From: Takakia lepidozioides
Taxonomy: Eukaryota > Plantae > Bryophyta
Reading direction: 5' to 3'
Assembly: GCA_030704615.1 (NCBI GenBank)
Contig: CM060732.1
Coordinates: 67,580,001 to 67,644,000 of the forward strand
DNA: 64,000 bases
The position numbers and the translations under genes are program-made. Positions 13,897 through 26,852 of the stretch are shown piece after piece. Each line of letters starts with the position of its first letter. Position 1 is the first letter of the stretch. The notes beneath the pieces are model-generated. The model saw only the letters and a program-made list of their open reading frames with translations, did no database searches and was not told the origin of the DNA.

Positions 13897-15101
13897 CAGG
13901 GGACATACTTAGCAACATGAATCAACGGTCAACTTACTCAAATTGCATGCTCCACATTTTATTTCTCCACTACCCAACCTCCAATGATTTCAAGCTCTAA
14001 TAGAGCAATTCATAGGGGATGTCTTCTTTTTCTTCTCCTCCTCCTGGTCCTTCCAGTTGCAAGCCAACTCAGGCCCCAAGTTATGGTTATCTTCTGAACG
14101 GTGGCAAATTGTTCATCAGTCAAGTAATGCGGTGGTCATTGGGATTCCAGCTTGGAAGGCTCCCCGCAATCTCACCAAGGCCGGAATTGGAAGGCTCCCG
14201 TAGGTATGTGTTATCGTACTCATACGTGTGACTCAATTCTTTCACTAAGCCACACCTTTTGTATTTCCAACTCTCAAGTTTCACTTATTGTCGCTTTTCA
14301 CTGTTGTAGTCACGAACAATACTAAGATAATAGACACAGTGAATTATTTTCACTGCAATAGGGGCAATAATTACAGATGTAGTGAAACATATTCACTACC
14401 TGACACCACGAACTGACACCACTAATAAAAGTTGGCCACGTGTTTTAATGATATATATATATATATTCTCACTCTTGGTAAATCACTTTGCCTGAAAAAA
14501 TGTCAGCAATCTATGTTTATACGATGTGTGATTCTCCCACATTAATGCTGAAAGGTGTAAAATTGCATTTAGTCTGCTGATTTATAGCTCATGCTACATA
14601 TGGGTTTGATGTTGGGGGTGGGAGACACCACCACCTCTCATCATCTTAACTGTGCTCATTCATGTCAAGGCTGTGGCTTAGTAAGGCCAACAAACCAGGT
14701 ATCATGAACCCTTACAATTTCCCTTAACCTGCAAGTGAACTGACCGTTGGCAAGTTTCAGACTTAACCTTGCCCTTTCTGGGACTGCAATGTTAAAATGG
14801 ACCTACCTTAGAGGGGCCCTTGGCCAAGCCCAAATACTCATGGGAATTGTTGAATGCCATAGACCGCAGGCTTGTGGGGGTGTGAGATTTTGACTCAACC
14901 TCAACTTCACCAGCATCCACAGCCTGAAAGGCCTCATGGCACGGGTGGGGATTGAACCCACAAAATTTGCCCAATGCAGCCGCGTGCCTCAACCCCCCCC
15001 CTCCCCAAAAAAATAAAAATAAAAATAAAAACCCCCCAGCATAGTCCACCACTACCCCCTGCCCCATTCCTATCACCTCCTATTTCCTCCATCTTTTCCC
15101 T

Positions 15102-16050
15102 CTATTGATCAGCTCGAGCTCCACCGACAGACTCTTCATCTTCAGCCTCAATAACAATCCTGTGAAACCGTAGGTCTTTCTGCAACACAACCTTCCATCC
15201 CCGCAGGTTAGTGTCATCAGAAAAGAACACATGTTCTACCTGTGAGGGATAAACGAAGGATTGATCATACTCTCGAAGTGTTCGTGCAAAATTTGCAAGC
15301 AATAATCCATCCTCGTCCATTTTCATTGTAGCATTGCGATCTGTCGTGATGGCCTTCACCCATGTACACTTGAATAGAACAGGTCGTAGGTATCCTGCAT
15401 ATAATCAAACTCCATAATCTCATCGATAACCCCCATATATTTAGTAGATGCCACAATATGATTGCAATCACTTCCACCACTTCCTTCGAACTCAAAGACT
15501 GAAGTTACCCCTGAATCAAAGGTTATTTGTTCACGGGAACCAGTGGGTGACTTCCTGTAATGGTTGGTAAATATCATCACGGAGTTGTATGATTTTACAT
15601 GCAAAGAAGGTCGCAAACTAAGGCGGCGTATGTCCAACTCAACATTCAGCCCATTTCTAATATCATTGTCCATTGCCTCTAATAACCACTCCATAAAAGA
15701 AGACACTTCCTCTCCAACAACAAGGGCATTTGCTTTCAGGATATTATACCTTTGCAAATATGAAACAATGACTTCAGTATTCTGCAGCACATATGTGTGG
15801 GCTATATCCCTCAACAAGGGCGATATGTCTTTCTCAAGCTGACGTCCTTCCAAGACCTCACCACTTACTGACTCATCCTCGTTTTCGTCCCAAACACGAC
15901 GGACGGTGTGTTGGTATCTTGCAAGGTATTCAGTACCAAAATACAAGGGCTTTGTCTTTGGCGTAACCTTCTGCCATAGAGCCTCACCTTCATGTCCTTT
16001 AGAAACCTATCCATGGGATAGCACCATCTTGCCCCTACTGGCCCGCAATG
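15102..16050 (-). mobile_element. CACTA/En-Spm transposase C-terminal fragment (DUF4218/DUF4216-like), frameshifted
   Basis: ORFs YFGTEYLARYQHTVRRVWDENEDESVSGEVLEG...YMGVIDEIMEFDY and DEDGLLLANFARTL...FVYPSQVEHVFFSDD...GWKVVLQK resemble the CACTA TnpD C-terminus. No termini were found nearby. Confidence 0.75.
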
Positions 16051-16189
16051 TCCAGCTCGTCCACCATAAAAAAAAAAATCGGGAATTTGAATTTAGTGGG
16101 TCAATGGATATGGCTAGGTCAAATTTCTTTTTCATATTCATGTTGAGCCCGTTCACATGAAAAATATTGGTTTGACAGGATGGAAGGGC

Positions 16190-16970
16190 ACTTGATCGGG
16201 GTCCAAGGGGTCCACAGGTTCTTGCAGTGCATCTACTTGTTGCAAGAGGAAACGCTGAAGGCGTACGACTATTGTTGGAGAGCAAAGAATTTGATCCATT
16301 CAAGGAAGATGAAGATGGTCACACTGCTCTCCATTTTGCAACAGATGTCTTTTGGATGAATATAGATTTGCGTTGCATCTATGATTTCTCAAGCAAAAAA
16401 CACATAAAACGGGATATTTATCTCATGAAAAAAGAACTGGCGGTGATTATAGTGGGAAGAAATGATGCATGAACTTCTTGTTGCAAGCATGTCTCGACAT
16501 TTCAAAACCCAACAAAAATAACTTAACTCCGGATACTGGAGGCTCAGCATTGTGGGAAGACCGCGCATGGTGGTTTGAGAAGGTGACTACTGTAGCTATG
16601 GATATTAAGAGTAATCTCAGATCTGCTGCAAATGCAATTTCAATAACAACAGCATTAGTGGCGACGACGTCTTATGTGGGCTCATTGACACCACCTCTTG
16701 GCTATGCTATCTAGGGTGATACCGTATCACTGGAATTCCAAAATCTCGTAGTGAAAATCTTCATATTTTGTGATAGTATGTCATTTTATCTCGCCATGGC
16801 ATCCATGGTGTTCTCTATGATTCCGTCATTTTCACTCCAGTACGAGGAGCTGAACCGGACTCGAATATATGTAGGTTGCACAACATGTGTACTTTCAGCT
16901 TCTATCATTTGTATTTAAGTCGCTTTTGCAGCATCCCATTGCGGTATTGCCAACAACATGGAATCATAGA
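16190..16970 (+). pseudogene. Ankyrin-repeat plus PGG-domain membrane protein fragment (ACD6/ITN1-like), disrupted
   Basis: Ankyrin motif HLLVARGNAEGVRLLL...DEDGHTALHFA, then PGG-like ANAISITTALVATTSYVGSLTPPLGY and hydrophobic segments, with frameshifts and stops. Confidence 0.7.
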
Positions 16971-17486
16971 GGTTTAAGATACTTACGAAAGAAACACATA
17001 TAGAACGGGCTTTGCCAACCTTTTAAAAATCTTTCAAAGACATGAAACTTGAAAGAGCATCTTAGAGCATCTGGGGCTCCTTTACCGTTGCCGTTGCATT
17101 TAAGGACCCCCGGTGGAGATGCTCTAATACTCTGGAGATGGGGAAGAAACACGTATAGGGGCTACCTAGCCTAGATAGTGGTGCTTTGCCTGAACACAAC
17201 CAAGTGATGTTGGGTACGGTCCTTCAAGAATGTTATTGCACTGATATCCATTCGTCCCTCGTCGGTCTTAGCCAACGTTTTGAAAATCTTTGGACATGAA
17301 ACAAATATTTATATCTAAATCTCTCTACTCGGATGTAAATTACAAGCGATGCACTCTAATATAAATGCATTTGTTTCAGAGAAATTTGTTTTCGTTTTTT
17401 TTTTTTTTTTTTTTTTTCAAACCCTTATGGCTTTTCAATCAACTTTGACTATTTGATTTTAAGAAGTCAAGATTCAGTTGTTTATA

Positions 17487-18490
17487 CCTTCACCTAAGTT
17501 TTCATGGTATAATCTTATAATTGTTTTGCGAGCATGAAATTTTTGTGCAACCTCTCCAAAGTATGAAACAAATTCACGAATCTGTTGGAATCTGTCAAAC
17601 CAATTGAAACCCAATTCAACGTGATCTAAATGCCACATGACTCCGTTGACCAACTTTTGTTGATTTTTCAGAGTTTTTGGGTCAAATTTGATATACATCT
17701 TTTGTAATGTGGAACTATGTAGTGTTTTTTTTTTCTTTGGCGAGAAAATTGCCAGATTTTGACATGGAAAATGGGTCAGTTACCTGTACAAATGAACTAT
17801 AATGGGTAGAATCTGAAAATTTCGCCAAAAAACACCAATAGTTGAATAATATCAGGAGCCTAATTTTGCACCATGGACCAGTTAAAACGTGCCACCTGAT
17901 ATATAGCCACTTTTCTAACCCTATAACCTCGTTATTGTCGCCACATGGGCATTAGATAGAAATCACATGTTGCCCCGCCTACGATTTTGAAAAGATGAAA
18001 AGAAAAACACTAATGTTGTGTCCCAGAAGGGTAGTAGACTGAATTGTATTGTATTTTTGCAATTTGCGACATTTTGGGGTTTGGGGAACTTTGGTGTGTT
18101 GCATCTAGAGCAATAATCTGGGTCACGGAAAACGCTTGGTCAAAGATATAGGTTGAACTTCATTGAAACTGGCATGTGATCCCTAGAAGAAATATATATA
18201 ATATCTTGAAATCAACGGTGAAATGTTCTAATGTATGCTAACTTAGTACAGACTAGCGTGGCCTACACCGTTGAACATATTCCAGAAAAAACCCAATTTG
18301 CTATTTTTCATCAATTTCCAGTGACAAAGAAAACTGAAAAAAACTTGAAAAAACTTCCACATTGCTGGTCTAAAAATTATGAAACCACATCAATGCACCC
18401 CTACTCATGGAGTGCTTTCCAGCAATATCAAGACCACGATGGAGACTTTGTGGTTTGGGAGATATCAACGATGCTACGAAACAAACTAAC
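17487..18490 (-). repeat. Right arm of the long inverted repeat
   Basis: Reverse complement of ~12660-13896, with an internal deletion of ~280 bp relative to the left arm. Confidence 0.85.
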
Positions 18491-18571
18491 TGGTTTAATA
18501 TCAATAAAAAATCTGTTCAAACCAATTCAACGTAATCTGAATGTCACACGACTCTGTTGACCAACTTCTCT

Positions 18572-18766
18572 AAACAACCAAGATGTAGCCTAGTGGTAAG
18601 GGCATATATCCTCTTATGAGTGATTGTGGGTTCAAACCACCATGTTGGTTGTTACAAAGGTGTCCACCTTCCTACCGGAAGGCAGTAGCCCTTCTGGGTC
18701 AAGTGACACCATAAGTTATGCTTGCTTCGGCAACGCGTCCATCTTTTTTTTTTTCTTTTTTTTCCG
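18572..18766 (+). mobile_element. tRNA-derived SINE inserted in the dispersed repeat
   Basis: A-box TAGCCTAGTGG (~18586), B-box GGTTCAAACC (~18629) and a poly-T tail. The flanks gaccaacttctct and gactgacttctct match at 11/13. The host repeat is uninterrupted at ~13680-13715 (rc) and ~17645-17690. Confidence 0.72.
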
Positions 18767-19559
18767 GACTGACTTCTCTTTTTTTTCAAAGTTTTTGGGT
18801 CAAATTTGATACACCTCTTTTGTAATGCGCAGTTGTGTCAGCATTTTTTTAATGAAATTTGGAACACAACACGCGTGGCTACAAAGTTTTGCAAAAAATA
18901 GCCATACATTCTGTTCATCCACTGAAATTATGATAGAATCATCCACCTCTGTACTTTAATCCATTTATATAATCATATTTGACAAATTCATCCATAATTT
19001 ATTTTTTATTTGGAGAAGTTTGACGACTTCATCCATGAAAAAACAGGGAATTTGTGACAGAATATTCCCTTTATTTCTTGAGATCGAAATCTGGCAAAAA
19101 TTTGCAAAAAAAAAAAAAAAATGCTAGGCTGTGCAGTGCTTTTTTTTTTAGCAAACAATTGCCAGATTTCGACCTGGAAAATGGGTCACTTACTTGTACA
19201 AAGGAATTATAGTGGGTAAAATCTGACAATTACGCCAAAAAGCACCAGTAGTTGAATATCAGGAGCCTAATTTTGCCGACATGGGCCAGTTAAAATGTGC
19301 CACCTGGTATATAGCCACTTTTCTAATCCTGTAACATTGTTATTCTCGCCATATGGGCACTAGATAGAAATCACATGTGGCCCCGCCTGCGATTTTGAAA
19401 AAATGAAAAAAAAAACACTAATGTCTCGAAAGGGTGGTAGATAGAATTGTACTATATTTTGCAATTTGCCACCTTTGGGGGTTTGGGAAAAACTTTGGTA
19501 CGATGTTGCAACAAAAAATGCTTGGTCAAAGATATAGGTTGTACTTCACTGAAATTAAA

Positions 19560-19769
19560 AACCGATCAAAAATTTAATATATTTTTTAAAATTCAAAAAA
19601 TCGAACCAGAACCGGAAACTGGAACCGGCGGTTCCTTCCCAAAAAATACCCGGAACCGGAACCGGAATCTGCTCATGAATTTTGGAACCGGAACTGGAAC
19701 CGGAACCGCCTCTTTAATATACCAAGAAACCGGAGGTTCCTTCAATATGGCAAGAACCGCACAACACTG
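19560..19769 (-). mobile_element. End of a hAT-like MITE with (GGAACC)n subterminal repeats
   Basis: The terminus reads CAGTGTTGTG on the minus strand and is followed by many GGAACC/GGTTCC units. The same terminal 10-mer occurs at 53315. Confidence 0.5.
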
Positions 19770-20129
19770 GAATTTACGACAAAATATTCGATTATTTTTT
19801 TTAGGTCGAAAAAGTGCAAAATTTCGCCAGAAATTAAAACACACTCGCTCTCGCTATTCCACATAGCGGTCTCTCTAGCATGGCTCGTCCCTCACGCATG
19901 TAGGGTAACATGTTTATTGTGTATAGGTGTTACTTGTTTCTTAAGTGATGTTGTGAGGGCCTATGTGAGCAGTTAAAAAAAGTTTCGCAAAGTTTTTAGT
20001 TTCTCAATTTTAGTTTCACTGGAGAATATCCTTAATATTCGCTTTGCTCACACGCCACCCAACCTCTTGAACAGCATGCCACTGTCCAGAAGATAACCAT
20101 AACATGCGGCCTAAACTTGATCGGCATGA

Positions 20130-20765
20130 TTTCATAAGATACTTAGGCAAAACTAAAATGTAAGCACGCCATACCTAATGTGAAACTTTTCAAAATGTTT
20201 ACTCACATGAACACAATCCACACAAGTAGGGCTTAGAGAATTTTCTATCAAGGCCAGTTCCTCAAACATTAATGGTTGTATTTCTTATCATGGATGTAAT
20301 ATGCGAAAGTAGTTGTAGTTATTTTGTTTCGTCCACAAAATTGTCATGGACGAGGATGTTATCCAATTTTCTTTAATATAATCTTGGAAAATCTATATTC
20401 TTGATTTATTTCACTGGCGAACCCCATGGTCTGCTTTAGTACTACATTAAATTGTTGAACTCATTATTTGATTATTTGTGTGTTTTGGATGGTGTTGGTA
20501 TTTGTGACTTTGTTTTCCCTACTATGTTATTCGATACCAATTTGTAAATATATGGAACTTGAACTTGTAAATATACAATGAGAGAGCCTCTTCGCGTGTA
20601 GGAATCCTATGGCTGTCCTTCATGTTCTATTTCCGTGGAAACATGGGTACCCTATTGGCCATTTTTGTGCTCACGCCTTCATTTTTTTGCACTCATGTGA
20701 ACTGTGCTCACGTTCTATCAACCCCCAAAAAAACAAAACAAACTACCAAATTTAATAATGTATTT
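20130..20765 (+). repeat. ~650-bp direct repeat, copy 2
   Basis: Matches ~11985-12650 in the same orientation. Confidence 0.85.
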
Positions 20766-21507
20766 TATTTCTTTTTTCTTTTTTAAACTAAGGGCATGAA
20801 GCCATTTAGTTTATTAGAGTGAAAAAATAAACCCACTGGCACCATGAGGAGGAATAACATATTCAGAGAAGGGTTTCCCCACGTTATGCGAACCGGATAC
20901 CCCAGAAAACCTCAGAAAAACAAAAATCGTCAGTTTAAGCCCTAGAAAAGTTATTTTTGCACCGAGAAAATAAATCTGAAGGTACTCATATGCACCGTGC
21001 CTGTTAACATGTAATTCCTATGACCGCGGTTTGAAAACATTTAACCCCTATGACCGCGGGTTGTGCTCACGCCGTGCTCACGTGAGCATGCTTATGTTGT
21101 GCTCACATGATACCAACCCCCACTGTTCAACAGTCGAGTAATGCGGAACCGTTTGGGCCTTGGGGATTCCAGCTTGGAAGGCTCCCGCAAATCTCACCAG
21201 GCCCGGAATTCTATCCAGGAATCCATGGCTAGAATACAAAGGAAACCACACCAATGGATTATAGATTGAATTGTTGTTCAGTCACCAGGTGTCTTGCTTG
21301 CTTCACCTTTTGCTTTGAGAACAGGAGCTCCACCTTCCAACAACACAAGAGGTCGACGGATTAGGGTAGGAGACAAGGGCAAGACATACTTACAAAAAGA
21401 TAAGTTTTAGACAGTCTTTAACGATTCCATTAAGAAAAAGCTTTATTAGTTAGCTTAATCTCCAATCGGACTGCATACATTCGACGGTTGAGATCCTGGT
21501 AACAGTC

Positions 21508-21516
21508 TTAGGGTTT
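21508..21516 (-). promoter_or_regulatory. Telo-box (AAACCCTAA) upstream of RPL22
   Basis: TTAGGGTTT lies about 90 bp before the ATG. Telo-boxes are typical of plant translation-machinery genes. Confidence 0.5.
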
Positions 21517-21602
21517 CATCAACCGATTAGGGTCTGGGAGATGGGTCTGTGTCTGCTCTCTTTGCAGGTTTGACTCTCCGCTCTCCCCCGATCTGCAGCG
21601 CG

Positions 21603-22552
<950 letters not shown>

Positions 22553-23339
22553 GGCTCAAACTGCTAGGAGTTGCGGTTGGCAAAGGACCATTTCCAAGGA
22601 GACATTACATGCTGTGCAAGGGAACAGCAGTGGTCAGCTTATTTTGGCGACCTAATTCATTACTTGTAAAAGATTTAGTTGATGTGAATTGGGCATCCTC
22701 TTGCCCGGGTATTTTGCTCACATGTCTCAAGGTGCTTGAATATAATGCTTCAACAAAAATCAAAGCACAAGCCAGGTTTCATTTGGGCACTTACTCTAAT
22801 TCAAAACAATTCTTGCGCGTTTTATGTGGTTGGGGTTGCTCAAGGTAGCTCCTTATTATGCTCGAAGCAATGGTATTGAGGAGTTGATTGATATGGTCTC
22901 ACTGAATCAGGCTGACTTTATTTTACTCTTGTCCCTAGAAGAATAGTGTCATTTTGTCACCATACTTGTATGCCCTCTAGAAGAATAACCTGCTGATAGC
23001 CGTTACCCCAGCTTTCTCTTTTCTTAGAGACCTACTTCATCATTCAGCTGTCATGTAAGTGACTTAGACACCCAGTCCTTGGATGGAGGCATGCTCGATA
23101 CTGTCCTGTTGAGAGGCAGGCCAGGTAACTGAAGCCGGATCCACCTAGTCCCCCAAGACTTCACCAAGTGGCAGTTGCAAGCCCTCCACACACTCTGGTA
23201 CCAAATGAGTTTCGTTGTTCCTTGTACACTCAGCCCGTCCCTATGGCTGGCTCTTTGTAGCTGGGTATATCAGCTCTCCCTCCAAGGTAAAGCCTCCCAC
23301 ATCTAAAGCAAACAGAGGTCCTACTTATATATCGCTCAT

Positions 23340-23830
23340 CTTCTGTGGAGGCTTTCAGGGGAGGGTGGTCACTGTCAAGACAACAACAGGGATGACACTG
23401 TCAAAGACTTGGGGCATAACTCACATGGGGCAGTACCACAGCTGTTGCCTGCAATGAGCCTTTCTGCTCACACATCTCTATGCTGCAAATATACATGCAT
23501 ATCAATCAGCAACTCTCAAATCACAGAAGAGCGAAAGTGGTAGCTCAATTCAACACACGAGATCTCACATTGAGCATCTCAGTCTCCAGCAGAGCTCCTT
23601 GAACTTCACCCGAGGCAACCTACCTACTTTGGAACCACGAGTAAGCATCACATAGACAGTGAAGAATGACCCCGGAATGTGACTGCAAAATTCTGAAATC
23701 GGGACCTCATGACGCCATAACAGCACATGGACGAAGTGATCCTTGGAGTCTCGGAAGGCGATGCAGGTGCTCCAATGCCTTGTGCAAATGGATACTCGTG
23801 GAATTTGGAGGCTCCGTCAGAGTTGCGAAG
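23340..23830 (-). pseudogene. Decayed partial duplicate of the 5' part of EXO1 (exons 2-3 and introns)
   Basis: Co-linear similarity to ~32380-33070, including intron sequence, e.g. gagcatctcagtctccagca.agctccttgaa, gtgactgcaaaattctgaaat, atgagcctttctgctcaca and acaacagggatgacac. Confidence 0.8.
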
Positions 23831-23978
23831 TTAAGCTAGCACTGAAAGTATGAGATTATAGAAATCGAAGTAGAACCGAATGGAATCTCCTTGGCGCCGA
23901 GAGCCTCTTTCTCTCGCTTTTGTGCACTGCAGAATTGAGCGTGAAGATCTTGCAGATGGGTTGAACACAACCTAAGAA

Positions 23979-25095
23979 ATGAAAGCAGAAGAAGCGATGA
24001 AAAGTGCAGCTGGTTCGCTGAGTGGGAAAGGGAATCCGAAAGGAAAGCTGCTGAAGAAACAAGCAAGGAAACGAGAGATGCCGCCCTCAGACGATACTCC
24101 TCCACCGGTCAGTGCTTCTCATTCAACCCAACAACGAGCATAATTAGGGTTTTAAATTGCGCCATAGGTTGCTGATCGTACCCCAGGTTTCTTACGAGCG
24201 TAGAGAAGTATTCGCAGTTTCATCTTGCTTCGGGGAAAACCAAACAGATCAGCTGAGAAGATGTGGCTTGTGGTCCAATTGTGCACATCTTTGTTGGCTT
24301 GATACAATAGTCCCCGTTATTGACCTTCGTGTATCTATTTGTGTTGCTGCGGATGTCTCCTTCCTTTCTTCAAGTCTCATTCCAAATCAAGTGGATTGCG
24401 TGGTGCGGTCAATTGTCCTGTTGGTAGACATGAGCAGCAATATGCGAAGGTATTGGGAAGCGATTGTGTGTGTTTCTGTGTGACAGAGACACACAGAGAT
24501 TCTTGTAATCACCATTGGGTTTAGAATGTAGTCATGCCGTTCCCAGCGAGCGTTGGCTGGCTATTAGGTTTTGGAAGAGAGAGAGAGAGAGATTTCTGTC
24601 TCCATGACCCCATGCCACAGAAGAATCTGCACAAAGTGAACGATATGAATGGCCAATTCACAGGCTTTGGATTGGTAGACAACCTTGTGGTAGTTCCAGT
24701 AGGTGCTCTAATTGATTTCTACATTTTGAAATTTGCAGAAGGTTAAGTCTGGGAAAGTGCCACATTATCCGGTGGGGACTAATTCAGAGCAATTTCAAGC
24801 TGACAAGAAACAGCCAGCGAAAGAAAGTGTACTTGCAGCAGTGTGGGAGCAAGAGGCAGAAAATTCAGATCTTGAGAGGTATAAGACAACACAGGTGCTC
24901 AGGGAGAAGTACAGGGCATTGGAAGAAGAGAGTTCATGGATTAGGGAAGAACTGAGGCAATCAGACTGTGAATTGAGGCAGCTCCAACAGAAAAAATATG
25001 CCCTCTTGGATGAACTGCTGGTTTTTGAGGGCTTTGCCGTCGACCCCGTACCACCCTTCAAGATTCTCTCTGGGTGTAACACCTCTGCTTCTTAA
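23979..25095 (+). CDS. Small (161 aa) basic, coiled-coil protein; conserved plant family, possibly INO80 subunit E/TFPT-like
   Basis: Exons 23979-24107 and 24739-25095 join in phase 0 (GT-AG). The N-terminus is NLS-like (KKQARKR) and the C-terminus is a coiled coil, LREKYRALEEES...KKYALLDELLVFEG. The family call is from memory only. Confidence 0.7.
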
Positions 25096-26852
25096 CAGTC
25101 AGATTTGATGGCCTGGTTGTGAGAGTTTCAGGCGGTGGCAGTTGTCACCTGCTGACCATTTAAATTTTGGTGAGAACCACCGGGTGGGCCCTTTCCCTGC
25201 TTCACAGCTTTTCTTTTAGCTTGACATGGAAAGCTTATGAATGTCCAGCTGGCTGGGAATAGCATTGCTATAGAACATTTCCCCCATTTTGTTTACCACC
25301 TCTTGGCTTCTTTGATTAGGCAGTTTCAAGTTTTCAATTCTGATGTTGTGATACATGCAGACTCTCATTAAATGCTGTAATGTAAAATACTTTTTGAGTG
25401 TAATGAAGAAGGGCCAAGGGCTTTAATTTCATAGGCTCCGGAGCACCTTGTTGAGAAATCTTTGCATGCTATACCATCTACATGTGAGCTTGACCAGCTG
25501 TGAATAGGATGGATCAACTGCAAGGTTTTTTGCCTGCAACTAGAGTGAAAGTGAACTATCTCAGAAGCTTGGAATGTATTCTAATCAGGTGTGATTATAC
25601 ACTTGGCACTGAACTGTTCAAGCAAGACAGCTTTCTGATTGGTAGAGGACACTACTGTACCTGGCTTACTCAAGAGTCACAGTTCAGAGACACACATGTG
25701 CACAAAGATTTGTCTATTTCTTTCTCTGTGATCCCTGGAGGCTGGGGAGTCATCATAGTCATCTATTGCAAGGGTCAAGTGCCGGTTGCAAGCCCTTCTT
25801 GACAGACTTTCATATCCTAAATAAAGGTAAGCCGTACCTTGTAAAGGATCTGAGAAGAACTATCACCAGAGATGTCCTCTGCTGGTTGTTAGGTCTGCCT
25901 GCAAACTACCACTTAAATCACACATAATCACAGCTAGGACATATAAAGCAATATAAGCGTGGGTCTCCAAATCTGCCTTTCCCACTAGATAGCATGTAGT
26001 TACCTCCTTTTTCCAATTCTTTATTTAGTTTGAGGATCCAAAGCGGTTAGAGGACCTACATGAGGCAGTTCATATCTGCATAATGTCTATGCGTTTTCTC
26101 TGTTCTTTAGTCTCTCTAGTTCCGTGTTGCTCTACTGGCCCATGGCAGCTATGAATTTCTTCTTGATCTCCATGTTTATTATTCTGTGCACCCCACCTTT
26201 CTCAAACACAGCATGACAGGAGTGCAATCACATGTATCTGTGATGTCTGCTTTTGTGAGCGTGTCCAGAGCGGCTAAAGTCGCGTCCAGCACTTGCCTGC
26301 AGATTACTGGAGGATTGGGCAGAATGCTGTTCTCCAGCATGATGTCTGCACTAGTGCTCACATCAGTACACACATGTTTGGTGGTGTGAGCACGAAGAGT
26401 TGCCATACGTTGTAGACTCCGCCCAAACTTGTAGAAACCCCATGGCGGGCACTTTCAAGTGCCTTCAAGATCTTCCTTTCTGCCCTCATCAAACCCTCAG
26501 AGAGTGACTGACTGGCTCCATTGTGGCCACAACAATGTGTGTCAGGGCAACCACCAGTGCCACTTCAAGTGAACTCACAGTACTTGCAGCTCATGGAATT
26601 TGAAGTGGGATTTTTTGGGTATGTGCACTGTCATACATTCACACTCTAGCATTACATGCTGGCCATTTCCTCCAAAGAGGGGGAATGAGAAAGACTGAGA
26701 GGTTAAGCTCCAAAGAGCTGTAAAGCTGAATGTGATCCTCACCCCTTTATTAATCTTTGTTGTAGCCGATGATGGTAATCCAAAACTCGGTACATTGTCA
26801 CCAGCACATTACAATGCTAACCGCTCACTACAATGAATTCAACAGATAATCT

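Noticed and set aside
14880-15070. Third SINE on the minus strand (GGTTCAATCC B-box)
   Set aside because: No convincing A-box spacing or TSD was found.
19600-19740. CRISPR-like or coding (GT)n/RN repeat
   Set aside because: Short GGAACC units without unique spacers, typical of MITE subterminal repeats.
25950-26600. Possible decayed gene between the coiled-coil gene and EXO1
   Set aside because: Coding-like composition but multiple stops and no recognisable motif.
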